Sequence record: MK250027.1
DNA: 64,000 nt
Strand: one strand, 5' to 3'
Each line of letters opens with the position of its first letter. Within the stretch, counting starts at the first letter, position 1. This document shows positions 9,771 through 19,773 of this stretch, piece by piece. The translations under genes were made by a program, and so were the position numbers. The notes under the pieces are model-generated. The model worked only from the letters and a program-made list of their open reading frames with translations, was not told the origin of the DNA and ran no database searches.

Positions 9771-11351
9771 TTAAATAGTTCCATCAAGTAATTTATGAAC
9801 AGCGTCTTGACGCGTCTTCCGAATTTCAGCAAGTGTAAACTCTCTTACTAACTTACCATCTTCAAAAACAGTCTTCAATTCATTCTTATCTGATGCTTCC
9901 TCTTCAGGCGTTACACGATCAACTGGTACATACTTACCATTGTCATCTTTTACAACCATAAGAAGTCCACGATGTGATTTCTTTGGCATACCACATACTG
10001 TCTTAGGATCCTTATAAATTTCTATAGCTTTACCATCAACTTTACACCATGTAGACTTACAGGCTATGCCCAAAGAATCTCTGGATCGTACATTATAAGT
10101 AAAGCTTCCTATACCTTCAATAAGGTTAGTTGCTGCAAAACCCTTATCTTCAAGCTGAGAATATGTATCCTTTTGTCGTTTCATATTAATTGAGTCTCCA
10201 TAAAGAAGTCCAATATGTGGATCAAGAATTTTATATCCTTTTTCATTAAATGTTCCACCGAACGTATTCCAAAGGAAATCATAAGAACCCATCTTTACAA
10301 ATGGATCTTCTGCTTCTGGATCACCACAAATAATTTTAACAGGATCACCACTATCAGGACGAATTACTACACGTCCATTACGAGACATAATTTGCTCTTT
10401 ATACTTAGGAACAATCTTTGTCAAGAAATACCAATAATCATAACCATCTGCAACAATTGAAATAATACCATCTGGAAATTCATCAAGCATATTCTTAAAA
10501 TAAACTTCATCATTTGGCTTACCTGTTTCATCTGTTGCATTAGAGCACTCAATAGAATGTTCGGTAGCTGGGACAGTTGCTGCTATCAATTCTTTTTTAG
10601 GATCTGCATTATAATAATACTCAATCATCTTAATTGCTGGAACTGTTTCAGAACCACAAAAAGAAGTAAGATGTGCCATACCAGAAACAATAGATGCTTC
10701 AAATGAACTCATTCCTCTCATAGAGAAATCATGACATAGAAATGCAAGATTAGACATATCGTTAGGATTATAAAAACCAGTTTTCATAGCATGTCTAACA
10801 AGTTCACGTTTAAATACATCAGCTGTTGTTGCAGAAGTAATTGGAAGCCAAAGGACATTTGAAGTCAAAGACTCCAAATAATTTGTGAGCCAAGCAAAAT
10901 CAGGATGTGTATTTGTGATTGTTAAAATAGGGCATCCGATTGGACAATATGAACCTTCAGGAAGTGCCTTAATACGAATAGGAAGATAACCAAGTTTATG
11001 CAATGCAATAATATGATCAACTCCTACTTTCTTTGCAACTGCTTCTCCTAGAAATGTAGTTGTCAAATCTGTATAAGTTTTTCGTACAGTATCTTCATCA
11101 AGATTAAAGAAATAATTATTAAATGTATTAATAAGATACTTCTTAATAAAATACTGAATACCAAACACAACTGCTCCCTCTGTAGCTTCCGGAAAATATT
11201 TATTACTACGAGGAGTAAAGTTACTGAAAAGTTGTGTCATTCCCTTAGGGTACATACAGTGATGACCAAGCTTGTAGCCATCTGTCATAAGCATTGCATT
11301 AAGAAGTATGTCTTCTACCAATACATGCTGTGAATCTTTTACGTTTGTCAT
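9771..11351 (-). CDS. nadV: Nicotinamide phosphoribosyltransferase (NAMPT)
   Basis: TDGYKLGH, HDFSMRG, VPATEHS, RPDSGDP and GLLYGDSI motifs. Confidence 0.95.
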   Translation of the reverse strand: MTNVKDSQHVLVEDILLNAMLMTDGYKLGHHCMYPKGMTQLFSNFTPRSNKYFPEATEGAVVFGIQYFIKKYLINTFNNYFFNLDEDTVRKTYTDLTTTFLGEAVAKKVGVDHIIALHKLGYLPIRIKALPEGSYCPIGCPILTITNTHPDFAWLTNYLESLTSNVLWLPITSATTADVFKRELVRHAMKTGFYNPNDMSNLAFLCHDFSMRGMSSFEASIVSGMAHLTSFCGSETVPAIKMIEYYYNADPKKELIAATVPATEHSIECSNATDETGKPNDEVYFKNMLDEFPDGIISIVADGYDYWYFLTKIVPKYKEQIMSRNGRVVIRPDSGDPVKIICGDPEAEDPFVKMGSYDFLWNTFGGTFNEKGYKILDPHIGLLYGDSINMKRQKDTYSQLEDKGFAATNLIEGIGSFTYNVRSRDSLGIACKSTWCKVDGKAIEIYKDPKTVCGMPKKSHRGLLMVVKDDNGKYVPVDRVTPEEEASDKNELKTVFEDGKLVREFTLAEIRKTRQDAVHKLLDGTI

Positions 11352-11546
11352 AAAATAATTTGTTTAAATTTTAATTTAATTACAATAATAATTTGTTTGT
11401 TTAATTATCTTGCAATCATTATTTATATATATTATTAAGTAAATTGTTTATAAAATTCATATTAAAAAAATAACATCCTATTTTCACAAACAAGATGTTA
11501 ATAATTCAAAGACATATTTATTTGAAAATTAAGTTGTGAAATTAAT

Positions 11547-12092
11547 TTATGCAGCCTGTCGAACTTCCCAATCAATAATATCAACAACATACTTTTCCTT
11601 GTTGATAGAAATTGACTTAATATTCTTAAGTGAAAGTGTTCTATACTCAATAACAGAAGTACTTGCCTTTTTCTTTGGCATGAATCTCTTCATATACACT
11701 TCATCTTCTGCAGAAATCTTCTCACCATTAAGAATAATATTATTCTTTGAATAATTATTAGGAATGTAAATCAAACATACATTACCTGTACTAATATATT
11801 GCATAACAACATTCTTTACAAGATGACGGCGATTTGTATCTGTTGCCTTATAATCCTCACCAAGAATCTTACTCATTGTCTTTTCATAATCCTGTCCAAA
11901 ATGGAAAGTAACTGAGAAATCTGTGCGTGGTTGAAATCCATCCTTAATATGTTCCTTAGGAAGACCATCTGTATTAAACTTATTCAACTTAATATCAGAC
12001 TCACCATATACAGTGACATACTTACCGTTGCACTTTGCGTTAGACATAAGCTCGATAAACTCATCTACTGTTGTAATAATATTGTTGTTCAT
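11547..12092 (-). CDS. Hypothetical protein (early)
   Basis: ORF follows the promoter motif at 12140-12150. Confidence 0.75.
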   Translation of the reverse strand: MNNNIITTVDEFIELMSNAKCNGKYVTVYGESDIKLNKFNTDGLPKEHIKDGFQPRTDFSVTFHFGQDYEKTMSKILGEDYKATDTNRRHLVKNVVMQYISTGNVCLIYIPNNYSKNNIILNGEKISAEDEVYMKRFMPKKKASTSVIEYRTLSLKNIKSISINKEKYVVDIIDWEVRQAA

Positions 12093-12120
12093 ATTCTTTA
12101 TATTTTTAATTGTTCAACTT

Positions 12121-12150
12121 AATTGTTTTATTAACAATACAAAGATACAT
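12121..12150 (-). promoter_or_regulatory. Class-I (host sigma-A-like, early) promoter RTGTATCTTTG, representative copy
   Basis: Matches the Bacteroidota -7 element TAnnTTTG; copies at 6292, 12140, 13473, 16341, 30840, 31162, 46904 (-), 40826, 44839 (+) and variant 50000 (-); five copies continue TATTGTTAATAA. Confidence 0.8.
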
Positions 12151-12186
12151 GTTTTATTTCAAATAAAAAAATATTAGAAGAAAAAA

Positions 12187-12327
12187 TTAAATATTTTCTC
12201 TTAAAAATTTATCGATAAGTTTTTTAACACTATTACATTTATATTGTGTTTCTACATAACTACCTGTCCAATCAGTATGAACATGAAAATTCTCAAGAAA
12301 CCAGTTTGCAATCTTTTCTTTATCCAT
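12187..12327 (-). CDS. 46-aa hypothetical protein
   Basis: MDKEKIANWFLENFHVHTDWTGSY...; abuts the upstream stop. Confidence 0.55.
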   Translation of the reverse strand: MDKEKIANWFLENFHVHTDWTGSYVETQYKCNSVKKLIDKFLRENI

Positions 12328-12328
12328 A

Positions 12329-12628
12329 TCAATAATCTTCTGCATCTCGTGAAACTCTCATATTCTTTAAATCATTAATGAGTTTTTCACACTCTTTTAA
12401 CAATACATATATAGTAGAAATAATTATCACTATAATAAATAATAATATTCCTAATGCTATATAAAACCCTGAATCTTCATAATTAGAAATAAACTTAAAA
12501 CATGTAATTATATATGTAAAAGTAAATGGTATTACTAAACATAAAATCCAATTTATTATATGTCTCCATACATGTTTCTCTATATATTCGTTTCTCTCTT
12601 TATGTGATTTAAACCATTTATTTTCCAT
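12329..12628 (-). CDS. Hypothetical membrane protein
   Basis: Two hydrophobic segments. Confidence 0.65.
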   Translation of the reverse strand: MENKWFKSHKERNEYIEKHVWRHIINWILCLVIPFTFTYIITCFKFISNYEDSGFYIALGILLFIIVIIISTIYVLLKECEKLINDLKNMRVSRDAEDY

Positions 12629-12633
12629 ATTTC

Positions 12634-12855
12634 CTATTTCTTTTTTACATCATCAATAGTTAGAATACGTCTCTTTTTAATATAAAATTTCTTTATAGAT
12701 GGAGATTCCTGTATTTCTTCAAATAATGAACATGGACTAAACCAATTATGTACAGTCTTAGCATATTCCATTGCTGTCTCTTCTGAATCGCAAACTGCAG
12801 ATAATTCACGATTATATTCGTCACATGTACGATAAACTTCTACAACTTCTTTCAT
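12634..12855 (-). CDS. Hypothetical protein apparently terminated by TAG
   Basis: TAG lies 5 nt before the next ATG; read-through would overlap the next gene by about 70 nt. Confidence 0.65.
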   Translation of the reverse strand: MKEVVEVYRTCDEYNRELSAVCDSEETAMEYAKTVHNWFSPCSLFEEIQESPSIKKFYIKKRRILTIDDVKKK

Positions 12856-12874
12856 AATTATATGTAATTTAAAA

Positions 12875-13063
12875 TTAATTATTCAAATGTATATCATTAA
12901 TACATAAAGGGATAAAAATATAAAATATATTTTCTATATATAATGATAAAATCAAATTCCATAAATTATCTATAGTTAACATATTATAATACCAAAATCC
13001 CAATATAGTTAGTACGCTACCTATGATAGAACATAAAATAGTAAATTTATATATTTGTTTCAT
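12875..13063 (-). CDS. Small membrane protein
   Basis: Hydrophobic; ATGA overlap with the upstream gene. Confidence 0.55.
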   Translation of the reverse strand: MKQIYKFTILCSIIGSVLTILGFWYYNMLTIDNLWNLILSLYIENIFYIFIPLCINDIHLNN

Positions 13064-13470
13064 TCTTTAATTTTTCTACCTAAAATATTTTTTAACATCC
13101 ATACCAACATATTAAATGCAACCAATAATTTATTTTCTGTATCATCAGTCTCTTCTGAATGAACTATATTATCACCTTTCATATTTTCAAGTTTCACCGA
13201 ATAACTATCAATAACCATATAATATTCTGTACTCATAGTCAAATCTTCAATACGACGGTATAAATCTTGAAGAGTATATGTATAATAACCTAATTTATAC
13301 TTAACTAATTGTTCACAATAATCTTTGTGCATATTTACATTATATTGATTTTTACCAATATAAATTAATGAAGCATCTGAAATATCAAGTCCAAGCTTCA
13401 CCAATATATCCATATTATCTTTTGATAATGTAATTGTATTCTCTTTCATATATATAATTTTTATTAACAA
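13060..13470 (-). CDS. Hypothetical protein (early); start uncertain
   Basis: Follows the promoter motif at 13473-13483. Confidence 0.65.
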   Translation of the reverse strand: MLIKIIYMKENTITLSKDNMDILVKLGLDISDASLIYIGKNQYNVNMHKDYCEQLVKYKLGYYTYTLQDLYRRIEDLTMSTEYYMVIDSYSVKLENMKGDNIVHSEETDDTENKLLVAFNMLVWMLKNILGRKIKE

Positions 13471-13563
13471 TACAAAGATACATATTTTATTTTAAATAAA
13501 AAAGAGATATAACAAAATAATCTGTTATACCTCTTATAAAATATATCTTAAAATAATAAAAAA

Positions 13564-14577
13564 TTACATAATATATTGTAAAAGCATCTATGTTTCCTCA
13601 TCAGCTTTTAATTTTGGATATGCAGCTCTAAGTATCTGTAATACACGTGTTTCTGTCATTCCATGTTCTTCTGCAACTTGCCATGTATTCTTTTCACCAC
13701 GTCCATTAATACCATAGCAATCACATACAATTTCACCATCTCTTTCACCAAGAACTCTCTTTACATTATCTTCAAGTTCTCTTTCAAGATCAGCGTTATT
13801 AAGATTACTATCAGGGTCTTTAAATGTCCTATTAGCTGTTACATCACCTAATGTTGTTTTAGAATCATCATCATCCCCGTATGATTTATCCAAACTATTT
13901 GCACGTGTATTTGCTTCCATTGTTTGTGCAAATGTTTCATATTTCAAATCTGGATGTTTCTTTACGAGAACATTATAAATATCATCAATATCAGGTTCAT
14001 AACCATTCTTATTATATAATTGATCCTTGATACGAGCGGCTTCACGAGCAATACTACCCATATTACGGGGAACTGCCATATGTCCACCTACCTCATCAAC
14101 AGCAGTCATAATTTCTCTACGAATATACCAAATAGCATAAGAAACAAAACGTACATCTTTACCTGGCAAACTTGGATCATATGTATCTGCTGCTTGCATA
14201 AGTCCTATATTTCCATATTGAATCATATCTTCCTTTGGTATATTAATATTTTTATACTTATTGACAACAGAAATAACAAATGGAAGATTTGCGGACACCA
14301 ACTTATTCTTTGCCTTTTCAATTTCTCTCTTATTATCAGAATGTTGAATAATATCAGCAAGTTTCACTTCATCTGCATGTGATAATTGTTTTTTCTTATT
14401 AATAGCATGTAAATATGCAATAGTAGACTTTGCTGTATTTTCATCCTGTGTAATAGCAAAATCATCATGCAAATCCATATGCATTCCATTATTAGCTTCA
14501 TTGAGTTTCTTTCTAATAGTCTTAGAAACATTTCTCATGATACTTTCATACAATGTCTTCTTTTCATTTAACTTCAT
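13564..14577 (-). CDS. RNA polymerase sigma-70 family factor with N-terminal LYESIM leader
   Basis: Region 2 LVSANLPFVISVVNKY..DMIQYGNIGLMQAADTYDP..RFVSYAIWYIR; region 4 HTH VAEEHGMTETRVLQI; the TAG at 13588 read through extends to TAA 13564. Confidence 0.92.
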
Positions 14578-14609
14578 ATCTTGATAAAAATTATTTCAAT
14601 ATTTTAAAT

Positions 14610-14618
14610 ATTTATCTT
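14610..14618 (-). promoter_or_regulatory. Class-III (T4-late-like) motif ATAAATA, representative copy
   Basis: Upstream of the sigma gene, lysozyme, 21030, fibre genes, 37069, 46857, 50582, 53867 and 62155; short and AT-rich, so partly expected by chance. Confidence 0.5.
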
Positions 14619-14671
14619 AAAATAAAAATAGAGAATAGTTATCGCAACTACTCTCTATTTATAATTATCTA

Positions 14672-15229
14672 TTATTCTATATTTAATATTTGTTTAATCT
14701 TTACTATGTCATCCTGTGTTATACCTGAATAACTATCTATTTTTATAAAGTTATCCTGTTGATATGTCATCATATCATCATCGTCATCTACTATACAATA
14801 ATCTATTCTTAATTCATCATCTTTAAATTTAAAATAATCTTCATCATAAAATTGTTTATAGTTTCGCACATTTGTATTTCCGCTATACATAAGGAAATAA
14901 TGAATTTCATTTCCTCTTATTGAGTGTTCATCATGATATTTTGGTGTTATACCTACTATATATTTAATTAAACATTTCAAATCTTTATACTTATCAAACG
15001 CATATTTTGTTGCTTCTAATGAAATCTCTCTCCATGACGATGATATAACTAATCTTACATTATAATTCTCACATAATTGTTCTATAAGTTTTACTGCATT
15101 TTTGTCTACAAAATGATCACCATTTTCTTCATTTATATATTTCTTTCCTTCCTTTGTAAAACACCAATTCGCATATTGTTCAGAATTCAAAACACCGTCT
15201 ATGTCTAAAAATAATATTTTTATATTCAT
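14672..15229 (-). CDS. HAD-family phosphatase (Swiss-Army-Knife RNA-repair HAD type)
   Basis: FLDIDGVLN, VISSSWR, IVDDDDDM. Confidence 0.8.
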   Translation of the reverse strand: MNIKILFLDIDGVLNSEQYANWCFTKEGKKYINEENGDHFVDKNAVKLIEQLCENYNVRLVISSSWREISLEATKYAFDKYKDLKCLIKYIVGITPKYHDEHSIRGNEIHYFLMYSGNTNVRNYKQFYDEDYFKFKDDELRIDYCIVDDDDDMMTYQQDNFIKIDSYSGITQDDIVKIKQILNIE

Positions 15230-15232
15230 TTA

Positions 15233-15556
15233 TTAATCTTCATCAAAATTATCATATATTGAAATCTTATTCTTCCTACGTTCTTTCTTAGGTTCTATAC
15301 AAGGAAAACAATACTCTCCTACATGCTTTATATATCTTTCATTCGTATATGTTGGTTCACCTTTAAAATTAAAATTCCGTTGTTCACCATATGCAATATG
15401 TTTCTTTTTCTTCCATTTAACAACTTTATCTTTCTGTACTTCTATATCTTGTAAATCCTTATGTTTATTCTTTACTTTAAATTTTTTATCACATTCTACT
15501 ACAAAACTAGATGAACCCTTATTTACTTTATGTGTTTGATGATAACTTCTTGACAT
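15233..15556 (-). CDS. Basic hypothetical protein
   Basis: ORF in operon. Confidence 0.65.
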   Translation of the reverse strand: MSRSYHQTHKVNKGSSSFVVECDKKFKVKNKHKDLQDIEVQKDKVVKWKKKKHIAYGEQRNFNFKGEPTYTNERYIKHVGEYCFPCIEPKKERRKNKISIYDNFDED

Positions 15557-15572
15557 AATATAAATTTTTTAT

Positions 15573-15884
15573 TTATAATCTTTCTATATTTATAACTTTA
15601 TCTGCTAATAATGGTTTTAATGTTTTATTAAACGTGTTTTCACTTATAGAAATTTTTTTATATCTTAATTTATATTCTCGTGTATTACTTCCAAAAGGAT
15701 TATTTACTTCATATTTTAATTCAGAAGCAAAATATATTGTATAATATATATTTGGTCTAACAGAATCATATGTTCTACTTATATTCTTTTCTATATATAC
15801 AATGGATTTAATAGGTAAAATTATATTACTACATTTTATATATTCTATATTATTTCCTTTACTATGATTTTTAAATTTTATCAT
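15573..15884 (-). CDS. Hypothetical protein
   Basis: ORF in operon; MIKFK start shared with several other small ORFs. Confidence 0.65.
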   Translation of the reverse strand: MIKFKNHSKGNNIEYIKCSNIILPIKSIVYIEKNISRTYDSVRPNIYYTIYFASELKYEVNNPFGSNTREYKLRYKKISISENTFNKTLKPLLADKVINIERL

Positions 15885-15885
15885 T

Positions 15886-16293
15886 TTACTAAATATATCT
15901 TAAATCATCTGCATAATCGCACATATCTAAAAATTCATTTTGAAGTTCACTATCTATAATAGTAAATGCTCTGACTTCATCATATGATTTCTTGTCTGGA
16001 ATAACATCACACCAATCTGCATCCACATCATATACTTTATGCGTCGCTGTAGACATAACACGAATCATTGTTTTTTCTTTATATTCTTGTGTATATCCTA
16101 ACGGTCCATATTCGTTAACTAATACTGTTTTCTTAAATGGCTTCATAATACATACAAGTCTTGTATTCATTTCATCTTTCTCACATGAATACATTCCTGG
16201 TATAAGCAATACTCTTTTACCTGTTGTTACATTTATATTATATTCACAGTTACTTCTGAGAAATATCAAATCACCAATATTAAAGCACATCAT
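15886..16293 (-). CDS. Hypothetical protein ending TAG-TAA
   Basis: Follows the promoter motif at 16341-16351; tandem TAG TAA terminates under both codes. Confidence 0.7.
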
Positions 16294-16541
16294 AATTCTT
16301 TATATTTTTAATTGTTTATATTCTTATTTTATTAACAATACAAAGATACACATTATTTTTGATATAAAAAAGAAAACATAAAGAAATATCAATTTTTATA
16401 GTAAAAACAATTAAAATTCTATAGAAATCTTATTAAATTTTATAATATTTTTTAAACAAGTATAGATGTACTGTAAAAAGAAAAGTCTACCATGACTTAC
16501 ATCATAATAGACTTATAGTACATCTTTAAAAATAATATCTG

Positions 16542-16637
16542 TGGATATAGATGGACTCGAACCACCATGTATCTGCCCTAGAATTATGATACAAACTAAC
16601 ATCATATTAGTCGCGTTTACCATTTCGCCATATATCC
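16542..16637 (-). tRNA. Non-canonical type-II tRNA, apparent anticodon UGA (Ser) on a Leu-like body
   Basis: GGATATA/TATATCC acceptor stem, A73; D arm GCG-AAATGGTAAA-CGC; ACTAA/TTAGT stem with loop TATGATG (A33, U37); 28-nt variable arm; GGTGG-TTCGAGT-CCATC T arm. Confidence 0.7.
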
Positions 16638-16643
16638 ATATAG

Positions 16644-16716
16644 CAGGCCTGATGAGATTCGAACTCACAACAACATGATTAAAATTCGTGTGCTCTACCA
16701 ATTGAGCTACAGGCCC
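16644..16716 (-). tRNA. tRNA-Lys(UUU)
   Basis: GGGCCTG/CAGGCCT acceptor stem; GCTC/GAGC D stem; loop ATTTTAA; one mismatch in the anticodon stem; GTGAG-TTCGAAT-CTCAT T arm; CCA not encoded. Confidence 0.88.
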
Positions 16717-16760
16717 AAAGTTCTATTTTAAATTTCCACGCAATAGAACTCCGAAGATTT

Positions 16761-16930
16761 GTAGATCTGTGTTCATGGTACTTAATCTAATGCTTGTTTT
16801 TAATACTGACGTGTTAACCTCTTCACCAAATCCCCGATTAAATAATATGTAATAGAGGGGATTCATGGGTTCGAACCATGGATAATCAGTAAAATCATGA
16901 TATATCACGAATGACACCATGACAATCTAC
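16761..16930 (-). ncRNA. Circularly permuted tRNA-like RNA (3' half upstream of 5' half)
   Basis: Upstream piece ACTGA-TTATC-CATGG-TTCGAAC-CCATG-AATCCCC-T (16890-16856); downstream piece GGGGATT-TG-GTG..CAC-G-TCAGT (16835-16805); perfect 7-bp acceptor and 5-bp anticodon stems form only across the two pieces. Confidence 0.65.
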
Positions 16931-17132
16931 GTTAACTGTAATACTAAAGCTCTTGACTCAATGCTAACGCTAAAATCTAGGATTCTGTTTATGCTAAATG
17001 TAATCAAGCTAATGCTTTAGTCAATTTACATATGTTATATATGATATTATATTCAAAGTCTATTATTCATATCAAAAATATTTTTAAGAAATAAATATCA
17101 TAAATGAATCGATAACATTTATTATATAATAT

Positions 17133-18347
17133 ATGAATAAGAATTATAACAAACTATATGAAGAAATGATGTCAGATATTTCAGTTATCGTTAAAAAGAA
17201 AATAAATGAAGCATATGACAATCAGCTTCTCGAAGAATATGGTGCAAAGGATATGTTTAATGATATTATGAAAGAAGCATCAAAAGAAGGTAAAATCTTT
17301 TATAAGCATCTTAAATAGTTTATAATTTATATCATCAAAAAATTACAAGAGACAGATCAATATAAAAAAGCTGAAAAACTTATGAATGCGTATGTTCAGA
17401 AAGTACAGAAATATATTGATGAACATAAGAAGATTACTCCGAGACGTATGTTGAAAATTACTGTTGCTGTATTGACAATGTATGGAGGTGTTTCAATGAT
17501 ACAAGATTGTAAATAGATGATTAAATCTTTATAGGGTAATGTTGAAACTTATGAATAGAAAGTAGAAAATGTACCGGATGAAAAGCAACAAGAAGTAATA
17601 GTAGAAGAACCTGAAGATTTTGTTGTTGAAGTTAAAGATGAAGCAAAAGAAAAATTAAGTGTCAAGAAAGTATCTACTGAAGATATTAATAATACACCTG
17701 AAAAGAAATTTAAGGAAGACAAGAATTTCAATTTTAAGTCAAGCAACGAGGCTCGCGAATTTATTAAACATCATGAGTTATGCTTACTTTACCCTTATTA
17801 CGCAAAACCCGAAGAGGAAGCAAAAGGAATGGTAACTATTGGTTATGGTCATGTTGTATTGGAATCAGATGGTGAATTATACAAGAAAGTATAGCAATTA
17901 AAAAAGAAAGGCTTAATTAAACAATCATTTGTTACAAAAAATGGTAAAACTATTTTAAACCCTAATCATTGTAAAACCATTATAACAAAGACTGACGCAG
18001 ATAAATTATTTTAGAAAGATATTAAGATTGCTGAATAGCGTGCATATAGAACTATACAAAATATGCCAACAGATGATGATAATGTTAAATATTATATGTT
18101 ATATAATCAAAAAATAAGAGATGGATTAACATCATTATGTTATAATGCTGGATAGCTTAAACATGAAAAATATACATTCATCACAAAAGGTCTTGCAAAA
18201 TCTAGATATGATTATCAAGCATAGAAAATAAATGCAGGTGATTATAATGTATCCTTTAAATATTTCAAGAATATTAAAGATAATCCTAACAGAAGAAATG
18301 AGGAATATAAGTTATTCTTTATGAACGCAAATAAGTCTATGTCATAA
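17133..18347 (+). CDS. GH24 (phage lysozyme) domain protein with N-terminal leader, hydrophobic segment and acidic linker (9 TAG)
   Basis: Code-15 frame of 404 aa; FIKHHE...GMVTIGYGH and DGLTSLCYNAG...RRNEE motifs. Confidence 0.85.
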
Positions 18348-18372
18348 TAAAAAATAAATTTTAATTAAATAT

Positions 18373-19725
18373 ATGAAAAAATTATTTGAAGCAAAATAGA
18401 AGCCATTAGTTGTTTATAATCCTGCTGATATTTTCATGAAATATAATATGAAACCTGGTGATTATGTTTCAATTGCATATGTATCAGATACATTATAGGG
18501 AGAAGGTGCTAACCCACTTGTATCAAAACGTGGTTCAAAAAAGCAATGTTATAATATAAATTCAGAAACGGACGCATAGTTATAGCAATATATTAATGCT
18601 ATGCCTAATAATAGAATTAAATAGTTATTAACAGAATTTAGGGAATCTACTAAATATCAAAGCTTTTTAAATGGCACTGCAAAGACAAAAACATGTATGC
18701 TTGATTTAACAACAGAACATATACTTAAGATTAGTCATTTAACATGTAACTGGAAAGATTCTAAAGCATTAGCAAAATTTTATAAAAAATAGAATGATGC
18801 TGAATTAAATCTCCGTAGAGAATTTGGTTTTGAAGACGGTTATGATAATAATTATGAACGTTTTTATAATCGTAAAGATGATAAACCGGTACCATTGGAT
18901 GATAGAACACCAGAAGAAAAAGAAAACGATAAAAATTGGAGAGATTCTTATAATGGTAGAAATGTAATGCCTCGTATCAAGAAAAATGGTAATGAATATA
19001 ATATTGCAACTATTATTCCAGGAATTTATGCAAATTTAAATAAACCTGGTAATATTGCATTACGTTTTGCATATAACAGTCGTTCAAGTCATACAGATTC
19101 CGATTATTATTATGTAAATGGAGATGGTACATTATTTAAGCTTGATATGGCATTTATTACATTCTTAACATATGCATATAAAAAGAATGCTATGTCTTCT
19201 GATAATACCGAAGAAAAGTCATATGTGTCAGATGAAGAAAAAGAATTTGTTTTAAGATTAAAGCAACTAGTAAAAGATGCACCTAGTACTGCTGAAATGA
19301 CACTTAAAACAGATAGCATATTATTTATGAAATCTACTGCACGTACGTCAAAAAATGCAAAGGTATCAGAAAATGTACCATTTGTTTGGATTAATACTAA
19401 TGCTGTTGTAAATAAGTATGATTTTGTAAATCCTTCTGATTTAAATAATGTTATTAAAAATCTTGTTTATTCTATAGATGATACTAATGTTAATGCGACA
19501 ATTGAAAATATAAATGTTAAAGGCAAATCTATTTCAGATTTAGTTTCAACAACTGATGGTAAAGTAACTGCAGATCCGGCAGAAGTAAGAAAGAGATTAG
19601 GTATTGCAGAAGCATTAAGATGTATTGCATATAAATATACAATAAAGAAGAAAAAGAAAGCACTTTATGAATCAATAATGAGTAAAGTTGCAAAAACTAT
19701 TAAAAGAAAGTTACAATTAATTTAA
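18373..19725 (+). CDS. Hypothetical protein (450 aa, TAG read-through) with C-terminal LYESIM helix
   Basis: ATG 18373 is in frame with ORF 18895-19725 through TAGs; ends KKKALYESIMSKVAKTIKRKLQLI. Confidence 0.8.
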
Positions 19726-19733
19726 AATAATAA

Positions 19734-19770
19734 AAGAGATAGAATAACCAAAATTCTATCTCTTTTTTAT
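19734..19770. terminator. Bidirectional intrinsic terminator between convergent genes
   Basis: AAAAGAGATAGAAT..ATTCTATCTCTTTTTT inverted repeat. Confidence 0.8.
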
Positions 19771-19773
19771 ATA

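Noticed and set aside
16542-16637. Amber suppressor (CUA) or selenocysteine tRNA
   Set aside because: The CTA triplet lies in the variable-arm loop, not the anticodon loop; stem lengths do not fit tRNA-Sec.
16761-17030. Canonical or two-piece tmRNA
   Set aside because: Gene order fits a two-piece tmRNA, but there is no G3:U70 pair or A73, a D stem is present, and no convincing tag frame follows the 5' piece. Kept only as a permuted tRNA-like RNA.
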